A model generated the notes under the pieces. That model was not told the DNA's origin and ran no database searches. It saw nothing but the letters and a program-made list of their open reading frames with translations. A stretch of 64,000 nucleotides of DNA, taken from assembly GCA_963664225.1 (NCBI GenBank), contig OY760937.1, positions 1,696,001-1,760,000 of the forward strand. Direction: 5' to 3'. This DNA is from Verrucomicrobiia bacterium (GTDB lineage Bacteria; Verrucomicrobiota; Verrucomicrobiia; Limisphaerales; UBA1319). Positions 1-9,864 of the stretch are shown in pieces. Positions within the stretch are counted from its first letter, which is position 1; every line of letters starts with the position of its first letter. Both the position numbers and the translations under genes were made by a program.

Positions 1-654
1 GATTCTGAAAAGAAATGGATGTCCGGGCCTGCAGCCCAAGACTCGCGCGCCGTTAATCCTGGGAGCACTGGAAACTTTGGGTGTCAGAATATACGGCTCC
101 TCCTTCGGAATCTCGAGCACAGACGGACGCTCGCCCTCATATACAAACTTGGCGTCTCCCCAATCCGCATGGTCATCGGTATTCCCATCACCTGCGTCCC
201 CTACAAGCAATACCAGTTTCTTAAGTCCGGTCAGGTTAACGTCCGCCGCCTTTGCCTCCATGTCAGCCTTCATGACGCCGCTGTTCCAAAGCATTTTGCC
301 ATCCCCAACCAACCGAAATTCAATACTCGCCCTGGAACTGCCTCTCTTTTCGTCATCGACGCCAACCTTTGCAGTGAATCGTGTCGCGGCCCCTTTTAAA
401 TCAATTCTCAAAATGCTCCCCGCATGAGTCCCAAAGCCGTGATCGAACTTTTTCCCTGCCACAAATAGCGGCTGCCCATCCACGGATTTATTGACTCCAG
501 GGCTGCCAAATTCCTGCTCGGCCTGCGACAAATCCAGTTCATCCAACCATTGCGTCGCCGCCAACCCCGTAAAGCAGCCCGCGCATAAAAGCGCTGTCGC
601 CATGGTCCGCGCCAAACGCCCGGAATAATGAGTCAATCGATTCGGGATATTCAT
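1..654 (-). CDS. Secreted NPCBM/NEW2-domain protein, probably an alpha-galactosidase-type glycoside hydrolase (5' part only; runs off the window)
   Basis: Manual translation from ATG 654: signal peptide, then WLDELDLS..GKKFDHGFGTHA..F.AKVGVDDE..DHADWGDAKF (NPCBM-like), then ILTP..PRINGARVLGCRPGHPFLFRI, a typical linker before GH27 domains. Absent from the ORF track because it is open-ended. Confidence 0.75.
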   Translation of the reverse strand, partial: MNIPNRLTHYSGRLARTMATALLCAGCFTGLAATQWLDELDLSQAEQEFGSPGVNKSVDGQPLFVAGKKFDHGFGTHAGSILRIDLKGAATRFTAKVGVDDEKRGSSRASIEFRLVGDGKMLWNSGVMKADMEAKAADVNLTGLKKLVLLVGDAGDGNTDDHADWGDAKFVYEGERPSVLEIPKEEPYILTPKVSSAPRINGARVLGCRPGHPFLFRI

Positions 655-830
655 GGCACGACATTTAAACGTTCAGGCTTCCTTGTCGAGATGGAAAGCA
701 TCTTAAATGGAGGCCTCGCCAAAAGGACCCTTGATGAAGTCCGTCACACTGCGCCCGCGCCAACCTGCGCTGTTACTCACCCCTCATCGGGAAAACCCTC
801 ATGTCCTCCCACAATAACAGTCGACCGATT

Positions 831-1919
831 TTAATACTCCTCTTGCGGATTCGGCGCGCCAGTCCACGAGACATTATCGATCTGAATGTATTTCTCGTCA
901 CTGATCCCCAGCTCAAGCAATGCCGCATTATGAAAAAGGTCCATGCTGAATTTGGGTGAAGTTATTTTGGCGGCCGCCCGACGCCTCTTGAGTTCCTCCA
1001 ATGACAGAACATCCAGTGCCACAGGGTCCGTGCCCAGCCGCAATTGATTCAGCAAAACCGAGTATTGTAGCAGACCGCTCATTTCCCCTTCATACTGGCA
1101 CATCAGGGCATCGACAATATTGAGCACCACCTTATCCCCCACCTCAGGCAGCGCGTAAATCTCCGGTATCGCCGAAGCCAGCCGCTCGGAATCCTCAAAG
1201 CGGCGGGTGTTATCCACACTGCCCATGGCCATACTAAACAGGTTGCCAGTGACCCCTGCCTTGTAATGATTCAGCAAGGGCGGGATATTGATGATTTTGG
1301 TCAACCGGTGAGTCAACAACTTGCTCACATAGGATTTGCGCCCCACTCCCTCCCCCTTGCGCTGGAATTCCAAATCGCCAAAATACAACTGTCCTAACAA
1401 CGCGGTCTCGTAGAATACCTTTTCATCCCAACCTTCATCCTCCGCCCCCGCCACGCCAACCCCGTGACGCGCCGCAATACCCGCCATCCCGGTTTGCTGG
1501 AGTTGGGCCAGATGCTTGTCCCAAACCACAATATTCTCCGGCGGCACACCCGCGTTAAGAAGCCGGCCGATCACCGCCGCAACGACTGCCGGGCGCGTTC
1601 CCGCCCATATCCCAGGAGCGCAATAGACCTTTAGCCCGACCACATCCTTGGGGCTGAGATATTTGCGCCATGCCTCCACCGCATTCGTCGTTCCGGCCAA
1701 CCGCGCCATTCCCCGATCCAACATCTCCTCGATCGTCGGCGTCTGCGGCGCCAGATCGATCGTGGCACGTCCGTCCTGCACAATCACCACCCGCGCTTTT
1801 TTGACCTCTGGAGCCGGAGACAATAAGGGGCCTGTGGACATCCCTTGGGCTTGAAGCGCCAGAGGATGGCCAAAACACAGACTCCACAAAAACAAATGGA
1901 ACAAAACTGAGTGTTTCAC
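831..1919 (-). CDS. DUF362 domain protein (secreted)
   Basis: 362 aa; signal peptide; VVGLKV, IINIPPLLNH..AGVTG, DPVALD motifs; GTG start uncertain. Confidence 0.7.
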   Translation of the reverse strand: MKHSVLFHLFLWSLCFGHPLALQAQGMSTGPLLSPAPEVKKARVVIVQDGRATIDLAPQTPTIEEMLDRGMARLAGTTNAVEAWRKYLSPKDVVGLKVYCAPGIWAGTRPAVVAAVIGRLLNAGVPPENIVVWDKHLAQLQQTGMAGIAARHGVGVAGAEDEGWDEKVFYETALLGQLYFGDLEFQRKGEGVGRKSYVSKLLTHRLTKIINIPPLLNHYKAGVTGNLFSMAMGSVDNTRRFEDSERLASAIPEIYALPEVGDKVVLNIVDALMCQYEGEMSGLLQYSVLLNQLRLGTDPVALDVLSLEELKRRRAAAKITSPKFSMDLFHNAALLELGISDEKYIQIDNVSWTGAPNPQEEY

Positions 1920-2068
1920 TTAAAACTCGAAATCTCTTCGAGAACCGCCGTTCTTAACGCCAATGACTTTCCGCCGCAAGCCAAAGTTCGCCAAAGTGAA
2001 CCGCCTCAAAACCCCCTGCAATTAAGCCGTCCTCGACGAATCATCCATTCGAACGTATTCTCCCCATC

Positions 2069-2377
2069 ATGCGACCCGTGAATGTTCAGGTGATCGGAGA
2101 GGAATTGGCCGTCAAGTGGGACGATGGTGGCGAGAGCTTTATCCGCCTGGAAGCCCTGCGCCGATATTGTCCCTGCGCGGGCTGCCAGGGCGAAGTGGAT
2201 GTCATGGGCCAATTGCACAAAGGTCCGCCCGTCAAACTCTCTCCGGCCTCCTTTCAGGTCAAATCCATCGCGACTGTCGGCAGTTACGCCCTGCAACCCG
2301 TCTGGACGGATGGACATGCCACCGGCCTTTACAGCTTCGAGTACCTGCGCAAAATCGCCGCAGGACCGCAAATCTGA
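2069..2377 (+). CDS. DUF971 / gamma-butyrobetaine hydroxylase N-terminal-like protein
   Basis: LRRYCPCAGC and VGSYAL..WTDGH.TGLYSFEYL motifs. Confidence 0.85.
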   Translation: MRPVNVQVIGEELAVKWDDGGESFIRLEALRRYCPCAGCQGEVDVMGQLHKGPPVKLSPASFQVKSIATVGSYALQPVWTDGHATGLYSFEYLRKIAAGPQI

Positions 2378-2390
2378 TCCAAGACCGCGC

Positions 2391-2948
2391 GTGAAAAGCA
2401 TTTGTGTTTATTGTGGATCGAGCACCGGGCTGAGTCCCTCGTACACCCAGGCCGCCGCTGAATGCGGACGCGCCCTGGCTGCCCGGGATATCACCCTGGT
2501 CTTTGGCGGCGGCAACATCGGCCTGATGGGCGTGCTGGCGGACGCCGCCCTGGCTGCGGGAGGTCACGTCATTGGTGTTATTCCCCATGCGCTCGTCCGT
2601 CGTGAACTCGCACATCGCGGCCTGACCCAATTGATCACCGTCAGCTCCATGCACGAAAGAAAACAAAAAATGGCCGATCTCTCGGATGCCTTCATGGCCC
2701 TGCCCGGCGGAATTGGAACCATGGACGAACTCTTCGAAATCCTCACCTGGCTGCAATTGGGCATACATTCCAAGCCGGTGGGACTGCTCAATACTTCGGG
2801 TTTTTACGCACGGCTTTTGGATTTTCTGAGTCACATGCACGACGAACAATTCCTCCGAAACGGCCAGTTGGATCTGCTGCTCGTTGATGACGATTTGGAA
2901 CTCCTGCTCGACAAGATGGCTGAATATGTTCCGAACCACATAAAATAG
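2391..2948 (+). CDS. LOG family (TIGR00730) nucleotide monophosphate nucleosidase
   Basis: GTG start at 2391; ICVYCGSS, GGGNIGLMG, MHERK, PGGIGTMDE motifs. Confidence 0.9.
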   Translation: MKSICVYCGSSTGLSPSYTQAAAECGRALAARDITLVFGGGNIGLMGVLADAALAAGGHVIGVIPHALVRRELAHRGLTQLITVSSMHERKQKMADLSDAFMALPGGIGTMDELFEILTWLQLGIHSKPVGLLNTSGFYARLLDFLSHMHDEQFLRNGQLDLLLVDDDLELLLDKMAEYVPNHIK

Positions 2949-3038
2949 TCCCTGGAAAACCTGCAAATTGAGAGTTTCGGCCTTTGGGAGCCAGGTATTG
3001 CATGACATGGGGCGTTTAATTACTTTTTCAAAATACTT

Positions 3039-3908
3039 ATGAACACACCGCGCATTGCCATCATTGGAGGAACCGGCCTGTATGAAATCGAATCCCTCGA
3101 TCACCGCAAATGGGTGACTGTCAAAACCCCTTTTGGTCCCCCTTCCGATCAATTGCTGACAGGTGAACTGGCGGGACGCCCTGTCGTATTCCTACCCCGT
3201 CACGGGCGCGGACATCGCCTGCTCCCCTCCGAATTAAACCACCGCGCCAACATTTACGCCCTGAAAACCCTCGACGTCGCCTGGATCATCAGCGTCAGCG
3301 CCGTCGGTTCGCTCCAGCAAAAATACCATCCCTGCGATATCGTGTTTCCCGACCAATTCGTGGACCGCACGAAAAAAGCCCTCGAACACACCTTTTTCGG
3401 ACAGGGCATTGTGGCGCATATCTCCTTCGCCCATCCCATCTGCGAGGAACTCCGAAGCCTGCTCATGGATTGCGCCCGCTCCGTTGGCTCCAAAATCCAC
3501 AATGGCGGCGCTTATGTGAATATGGAAGGTCCGGCCTTCAGCACACGCGCCGAATCCCTGCTCAACCAGAAAGCCGGACTCGACGTCATCGGCATGACCA
3601 ACCTGGGCGAAGCCAAATGCGCCCGCGAAGCCGAGATCGCCTATGCGACCATGGCCATGGTTACCGATTACGATTGCTGGAAAGATGACGGCGAGCATGT
3701 CACCATCGAAATGGTGGTCCGCAACCTGCAAAAGAATGCCGAGCAAGCCAAACGCATCATCTCACTGGCGATACCCCGGCTTCCTGAAAAAACCGGCTGC
3801 AGTTGCCATTCCACGCTCCAAACCGCCATTCTGACCGATAAGAAACTCTGGCCCGCAAAGACAAAGGCCCGCATCAAGGCGATCCTCAAGCGGGTCTGCA
3901 ACAGTTGA
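3039..3908 (+). CDS. mtnP: S-methyl-5'-thioadenosine phosphorylase
   Basis: IIGGTG, FLPRHGRGH, EGPAFSTRAES, GMT, TDYDCW motifs. Confidence 0.92.
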   Translation: MNTPRIAIIGGTGLYEIESLDHRKWVTVKTPFGPPSDQLLTGELAGRPVVFLPRHGRGHRLLPSELNHRANIYALKTLDVAWIISVSAVGSLQQKYHPCDIVFPDQFVDRTKKALEHTFFGQGIVAHISFAHPICEELRSLLMDCARSVGSKIHNGGAYVNMEGPAFSTRAESLLNQKAGLDVIGMTNLGEAKCAREAEIAYATMAMVTDYDCWKDDGEHVTIEMVVRNLQKNAEQAKRIISLAIPRLPEKTGCSCHSTLQTAILTDKKLWPAKTKARIKAILKRVCNS

Positions 3909-3997
3909 GTCGAAAACAATCCGGGCCGGATGCGTGGAATCTTCCATGCGAACCGGCCCGGTGAATTGGCCCGTCAATTATTCCAGTTTCGACTCGC

Positions 3998-6169
3998 TCA
4001 GGACTTGGCGACTGGCTCGCTCTGGCCCTTTTCGGTCTTCCCATCGCCCTTGCCATTCTCGCTCTTGCCCTCGTTCTTGTAATGGCTCGCGTAATAGCGG
4101 TTCTGATAATAGTAATAGGAGTAGTAGGAAGAGTCCCGGCCCTCGAAATCGATGTCGTTGAGCGCAATGCCCAATATCCGGATGCCCGCGTCCTGAATAC
4201 GCTGCAGCGAGCGCCGGGCGTGTTCACGACGGATCTTATTGAACTTCGTTACAAAGACCACGCCATCGGACATCGCCGCCAGAATCAGCGGATCGCTGAC
4301 TGCGGATACCGGCGGGCAATCCAGGAAAACCCGATCGTATCGGTTCATTGCCTCCACGAGAAACTGCTGCATCCGTTTGGAACCCGATAACTCCGATGGA
4401 TTCGATGGAATCGCGCCGGCGCATACCACATCGAGATTGGGCACCTCGGTCGTATGGATAATGTCCTCCATCCTGGAAACGCTCCCATCCAGATAGCCGG
4501 AAAGTCCCACCGGGCTGTGCAATTGAAATGCTTTATGCACCGAGGGACGTCGCAAGTCCGCATCCACCAGCAAAGTCTTCAGTCCGGTTTGCGCCGTGAC
4601 AATGGCCAGATTCGATGCCAGCAGGGATTTGCCCTCCGATGGAATCGTGCTGGTCACCGAGAGCACCCGATACTGTTCCGCTTTGGGCATGAGCGCGATC
4701 GCGGCGCGAATCGTCCGGAATCCTTCCGCCGATGTGGATTGCGGATGCAAATGCGCCTGCAAATCGCGTTCGATGACGCTGTTGGATTTGATGTTCGAGA
4801 CGTAGCCCAGGAACGGAACCCTCAGATAGGTCTCCACATCCTCCTGTGTCTTGATCGAATCATCCATGTAATTCACGAAAAAGGCCAGACCACAGGCTGC
4901 CGCCAGCCCGCAAAACACACCTAATCCGAGTGTCAAGGCAACACGCGGCTTGACCGGGTTGAGCGGAGTCACTGCAGGATCGACCACGCTCATGTTGTTG
5001 ATCTTGCTGTTGGCCGCGATCTCCATCTGTTTCTGGCTCTTGATGACATCCATGAACAACTGGGTCTGAATCTGCGCCTCGCGGCTCAATGCGTCGTAGG
5101 CGATGCGCTGCTTGCCCATATCCAGTTGTTTTTGCTCCAGCTCATCCACGTACTTTTTCAACGAGGACTCCTCGGCTTTGGCCAGCGTCGCCGCCTTGCT
5201 GGTCGAATCGACAATGTTGGACGCCTGCTCCCGCAGCGATTTGCGCAGCGACTCGATCCCCTCGCGCATCTGCACCACAGTCGGGTATTTGTCCTTGTAG
5301 CGTTTGAGCATATTGGCCAGGTCCGCCTCTTGAATCGCCAGTTTGGCCTTCATTTGCTGAATCAACGGATCATTGGCCACCAGCGGAATCGACTCTATCG
5401 GAGTGCCGCTCTTGGCCATTGCCCGCATCTCCTCATCCAGCCGTTGCGCCATTTTCGACCGGGTCTGGGATTGAACGAAAACTTCCTGGGCCAGTTTCAA
5501 TCCCTGCAGCGTGATATTCTCGCGCTCTTCCAACGAGATATTATTGAGCCGCTCCTTGTACGTCTGAAGCGCCGCCTCAGCCTCCTCCACTTTGCGCTTC
5601 TGCGAATTGGACTCCGTCTTCAGCCATTCCTCCGCGTCGGTGGAGGCCTTCTTCTTCCGGTCCAGATTCGCGTTGATAAATTGCGCGGCAAGGGTGTTGG
5701 CGATCAACTCCGCCTTTGCCGGTTCGGTATGGTAAACACTGATGTCCACCAATCGGCTCATGCGGATCGGAGTCACGATCACATCCTGATTCAACGCCCC
5801 AACCACATCCATTCGCTTGGCGTAACGCGGATCCTCGTTCAGTTTTAGCTTGGCGACAACCGTCTGGAGCAGCACGCGGTTCTTGATATTCTTGTACTGA
5901 GTCTGCAGGTAGTCCTGCTCCCGGGAATCCACCGTGATGAAATCGCGCATGTTAAGCGGATTATCCGATTCCTTATCGATTTGCAGCCGCGCTGTCGCCT
6001 GGTAAATCCGCGGCGCTTTGACGAGGTAGAACATGCAGAGCACGAACACGGAAATGAAGGCCGTCACCACCAGCCATCGGCGTTCCAGAATGACATGCCA
6101 ATAATGGCGTATATTTGCGTTATCCTCCGTCGGCGCTGGAGCCTTCCGGGATTGCGTGGTCGCTTGCAT
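3998..6169 (-). CDS. Polysaccharide co-polymerase / BY-kinase (Wzc-like)
   Basis: Two TM segments flanking a coiled-coil region, Walker A SEGKS, DADLRRP, DCPP, C-terminal Tyr cluster YYSYYYYQNRYY; start chosen at MQATT. Confidence 0.9.
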   Translation of the reverse strand: MQATTQSRKAPAPTEDNANIRHYWHVILERRWLVVTAFISVFVLCMFYLVKAPRIYQATARLQIDKESDNPLNMRDFITVDSREQDYLQTQYKNIKNRVLLQTVVAKLKLNEDPRYAKRMDVVGALNQDVIVTPIRMSRLVDISVYHTEPAKAELIANTLAAQFINANLDRKKKASTDAEEWLKTESNSQKRKVEEAEAALQTYKERLNNISLEERENITLQGLKLAQEVFVQSQTRSKMAQRLDEEMRAMAKSGTPIESIPLVANDPLIQQMKAKLAIQEADLANMLKRYKDKYPTVVQMREGIESLRKSLREQASNIVDSTSKAATLAKAEESSLKKYVDELEQKQLDMGKQRIAYDALSREAQIQTQLFMDVIKSQKQMEIAANSKINNMSVVDPAVTPLNPVKPRVALTLGLGVFCGLAAACGLAFFVNYMDDSIKTQEDVETYLRVPFLGYVSNIKSNSVIERDLQAHLHPQSTSAEGFRTIRAAIALMPKAEQYRVLSVTSTIPSEGKSLLASNLAIVTAQTGLKTLLVDADLRRPSVHKAFQLHSPVGLSGYLDGSVSRMEDIIHTTEVPNLDVVCAGAIPSNPSELSGSKRMQQFLVEAMNRYDRVFLDCPPVSAVSDPLILAAMSDGVVFVTKFNKIRREHARRSLQRIQDAGIRILGIALNDIDFEGRDSSYYSYYYYQNRYYASHYKNEGKSENGKGDGKTEKGQSEPVAKS

Positions 6170-6201
6170 AGTCGAACTCAAGATATTGTTGCCAGACGCT
6201 A

Positions 6202-6822
6202 TTACCAAACGCTTTCGCGCACACTGATGGTATCCCCGGGCTCGAGGATTATCTTCTTGGCTGGATCAGTGATTTTCTTTAGCTGCTCAAGGCTGAAGGT
6301 CTGAACCTGCCCCTGGCGGCTGAACTCGATGCGGCTCTGATTGGCCACCCGCGTCAATCCGCCCGCCTGGCCGATGGCGTCCAAAATGGTCCATTTTTCC
6401 TCTCCAGGCAGGGGGATCGCGCCGGGTTTCACCACCTGGCCGATCATGTTGACATAGCGTTGACGATAATCTTTGACCGCCACCATCACCTGAGGATCCA
6501 CCAAATAATCCTTTCCGAGCATATCCTTGAGGATTTTTTCCACTTCAGTCGTGGTTTTGCCGGCCACATCCACATCGCCCAAAAGGGGAAACGATATTTT
6601 GCCACTGGCCTGCACACGCACTTCCCTGCTTAAATCCTTTTCCCCAAACACATCCACAATGATGATTTCCAAGGGGGCAAGGCGGTGATCGGTCAATGTT
6701 TTGTCTTCCACAACAATGGGTTGCCCCTCCTTTTCAGGAGCCGCACCGAGAACCAGATTTCCCGCAAAGGCAATGCCTGCAAGACACCCGAGAACCGTTT
6801 TCAGAAAATTTGCCAATCTCAT
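6202..6822 (-). CDS. Short OPX/Wza-family polysaccharide export protein (Poly_export + SLBB)
   Basis: GKISFPLLGDVDVAGKT, GQVVKPG, ILDAIGQAGG, LEPGDTISV; ends ..RESVW. Confidence 0.88.
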   Translation of the reverse strand: MRLANFLKTVLGCLAGIAFAGNLVLGAAPEKEGQPIVVEDKTLTDHRLAPLEIIIVDVFGEKDLSREVRVQASGKISFPLLGDVDVAGKTTTEVEKILKDMLGKDYLVDPQVMVAVKDYRQRYVNMIGQVVKPGAIPLPGEEKWTILDAIGQAGGLTRVANQSRIEFSRQGQVQTFSLEQLKKITDPAKKIILEPGDTISVRESVW

Positions 6823-6823
6823 A

Positions 6824-8080
6824 CTAGTAGCCGATAGCCAACCTGAGCGTAACCCGGCTGGCATTGTAGTCAATGATATTTGCATACCGCTGGGCGAATT
6901 GGACGCTAAACTGTTCGTACTGATAGGCTAGCGAGGTCGTCATCCACGCTCTCAGATAATAGGTCAGCCCCGCATTAAAAGAAATCCAATTATCCGACCG
7001 ATTATTATAATAACTCGCGCTATCGTAGCCAGACATCATGTAATTGACTCCGGCATTGGCCCTTAATTTCCCCGATGGAGTCAGTCTCTGGTAAACGTTC
7101 AGACCGATATTGTCGCTCGTGTATGCCACATTGACCTGCTGAACGGACACACTACTCACGCGCGAATATCTCAAATCCAGCAATGTCTTCAAAGAAAACC
7201 GGTAATTCAAAGATCCATCCACCACAGGGGTAAGGGATGACTCAGAGCTACCCGCAAACGTTCGGTTTTCCAAACCCGCTTTGATCGTCCCGGTCAATTT
7301 GCTATCAATCGCTCGTGTCATTCCCAGATAGCCCCCAATGCTCGCCATATGAGGGCCTTTAGGGATGGTAATGGTATTTGGATTCTGTGCGGTCTGCCCG
7401 TAAAAACTTTCACCAAAAAAACTCGTTTTGGGCAGTGCCTTCCACATAAAGCCCAGCGTGCCGCGCCACGAGTTCACATCCAGCAACGGGGTCCCCTTCT
7501 CGTAATCGGTCGCACTGTAATTCCCCATCACATAAACCGAGGTTTTGTCCGTCAGATTGTAGCCAAATTTGTAATTGTTGAAATTGGCGATTCGCCCGGC
7601 CCTGTAACCCAGATTCTCATAGGCTCCAACCGCACCGTTAAGAAGTTGGATGCGATCCACCCCCGTGACGTAGATCCGGCTTGTGACATACTGGGCGTTT
7701 ACGTCGAATGTGTGGTCTTCGTAATTCAGCCCGGCGGTTTTGGCGTAAACATTTTCGTCCATGGTGTAACCCACCGTCAGGTAATTGGGAGATCCCTCGG
7801 CGTTTTCCACCCAGGGATTATCCGATGCCTTGTGACCGAGCATCAATGTCAGGTTCGGGCTCAGCGTCGTAACGAAATCGCTTATTTTACCCGGTCCGTC
7901 CTGGCGAAATAAAATATTGTTGTCATAGCGCTCCGCCAAAACCACTCCCGGACGCAACGTGAGCGGACCCGTCGAATACGAAAGCACATCTGAAGCTTGA
8001 AATGCCTCCGCCGATGCCGCCACCATGGCAGCACCGCTGGCAAATACCCAATACGGGGGTTTTCGCACCCTAAACTTCAT
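6824..8080 (-). CDS. Outer-membrane beta-barrel protein associated with EPS export
   Basis: Signal peptide, YDNNI motif, alternating amphipathic strands, C-terminal aromatic residue (..LAIGY); directly upstream of OPX and Wzc. Confidence 0.8.
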   Translation of the reverse strand: MKFRVRKPPYWVFASGAAMVAASAEAFQASDVLSYSTGPLTLRPGVVLAERYDNNILFRQDGPGKISDFVTTLSPNLTLMLGHKASDNPWVENAEGSPNYLTVGYTMDENVYAKTAGLNYEDHTFDVNAQYVTSRIYVTGVDRIQLLNGAVGAYENLGYRAGRIANFNNYKFGYNLTDKTSVYVMGNYSATDYEKGTPLLDVNSWRGTLGFMWKALPKTSFFGESFYGQTAQNPNTITIPKGPHMASIGGYLGMTRAIDSKLTGTIKAGLENRTFAGSSESSLTPVVDGSLNYRFSLKTLLDLRYSRVSSVSVQQVNVAYTSDNIGLNVYQRLTPSGKLRANAGVNYMMSGYDSASYYNNRSDNWISFNAGLTYYLRAWMTTSLAYQYEQFSVQFAQRYANIIDYNASRVTLRLAIGY

Positions 8081-8397
8081 TGTTGAGGTCCACACAGCAA
8101 TTTTCGGGCCATAATTCGGCGCGATAATATTTGTTTAATCCGCTAATTATCAACTGATTACGCAATTCAATGCATCGCCCAGCGCAATCACATGATGGTT
8201 CCCGTCTTCTCAAATTCGCCCGGATCAATTTTCCAAGTATCCTCCAAGTGTATAAGAACCCTCTCGCAGCCGTCAAAACAATCCCCTCTTTTTCAATCCC
8301 CGCTTCGCTTCTTTTCTTTCATCGAAAATCGCATCCGAATCGCCTTGATTGACGACGGGCCAAACCCCAACGTGTCACCGCAAAACATTTTGGATAA

Positions 8398-9714
8398 ATG
8401 ACGATTCGGGATATGCAGTCACGTTCCACCAACACACAGTTTCGCGTTCAGGGCGGCCAGCCCTTGCACGGCGTTATTTCCCCGCAAGGCAACAAAAACG
8501 AGGCCCTGCCCCTGCTCGCCGCCTGTTGCCTCACAAGCGACCCGGTGACCTTCGAAAACATGCCCGACATCGAGGATGTCTGGGTCATGCGCGCCATCCT
8601 CCAGGAATTGGGCCTGAGCGTCAGCGCCGATCCGATCGAGGGAACCCTCTGCGTTCAGGCCATAAATGACCCAAAAATGACCCTGCCCGAGACCTTGAGC
8701 TCCAAATTGCGGGGCTCGGTCACCCTGGCAGGACCCCTTCTGGCTCGTTTGGGCCGGGTATTCCTGCCCCGGCCCGGCGGGGACCGCATCGGCCGCCGTC
8801 GCCTGGACACCCATATTCTCGCGCTCCAGGCGCTGGGCGCGGAGGTCACCACAACCGATCACGGCTATGAATTGGTGGCCAAACAATTGATTGGCGCCGA
8901 CATCCTGTTGGACGAAGCCTCGGTCACCGCCACCGAAAACGCCGTCAGCGCCGCTGCGTTGGCCCAGGGCCGAACCATCATCCGCAACGCCGCCAGCGAG
9001 CCTCATGTCCAGGGATTATGCAACCTGCTCAATAATATGGGCGCGCAGATTTCCGGCATTGGCTCCAACATTCTGACCATCGACGGCGTGAAAAGCCTCC
9101 ACGGCGCCACGCATCGGGTCGGACCGGATTATCTCGAAATTGGAAGTTTCATCTCCCTGGCTGCAGTGACCGGTGGTGAATTGTTGATCGAAAACGTGCA
9201 ATGGGATGACCTGCGCATGATCCGCAGCGTCTTCAGCCGCCTGGGCATAGAAATCCTGCCTCAGGGCAACAACCTGCTGGTGCCCGCCGGGCAATCCCTG
9301 GAAATCGCCACCGACATGGGCGGTGCCGTTGGCAAGATCGAAGACGCCCCGTGGCCCGGTTTCCCCGCGGACATGACCTCCGTGGCACTGGTCACCGCCA
9401 CCCAGTGCAAAGGCACCATTCTGATCCACGAAAAAATGTTCGAGTCCCGCCTGTTTTTCACGGATAGCCTCATCGCCATGGGCGCCCGCATCATCCTCTG
9501 CGACCCGCACCGCGCCGTGGTCATGGGCCGGGACCGCCTCCACGCCACGCGCCTGAGCAGTCCCGACATCCGCGCGGGCATGGCCCTACTGATCGCCGCC
9601 CTGTGTGCCCAAGGTGAATCAGTGATCCAAAACGTCATTCAAATCGACCGCGGTTTCACCAATATCGACCTCCGGCTCCAAAAACTCGGCGCACAAATCG
9701 AACGGTTCGATTGA
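8398..9714 (+). CDS. murA: UDP-N-acetylglucosamine 1-carboxyvinyltransferase
   Basis: [40 protein letters not shown] motifs. Confidence 0.95.
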   Translation: MTIRDMQSRSTNTQFRVQGGQPLHGVISPQGNKNEALPLLAACCLTSDPVTFENMPDIEDVWVMRAILQELGLSVSADPIEGTLCVQAINDPKMTLPETLSSKLRGSVTLAGPLLARLGRVFLPRPGGDRIGRRRLDTHILALQALGAEVTTTDHGYELVAKQLIGADILLDEASVTATENAVSAAALAQGRTIIRNAASEPHVQGLCNLLNNMGAQISGIGSNILTIDGVKSLHGATHRVGPDYLEIGSFISLAAVTGGELLIENVQWDDLRMIRSVFSRLGIEILPQGNNLLVPAGQSLEIATDMGGAVGKIEDAPWPGFPADMTSVALVTATQCKGTILIHEKMFESRLFFTDSLIAMGARIILCDPHRAVVMGRDRLHATRLSSPDIRAGMALLIAALCAQGESVIQNVIQIDRGFTNIDLRLQKLGAQIERFD

Positions 9715-9864
9715 AGGCGGGCCAAAATTCAGGTTTGTTCCTAAGCCAATCCTGTGCGCGGCAACCTCTTCGCCCAGGCCCATTGCCCTGTTTTCCCAGG
9801 AACACAATCGCCATTTGACGCTCGCCGGAAAGCATGTTTTTATCGGCCCAATCAAACACCGGCT

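Noticed and set aside
2124..2390. N-terminal extension of the LOG protein
   Set aside because: Overlaps the DUF971 gene; homology begins at GTG 2391.
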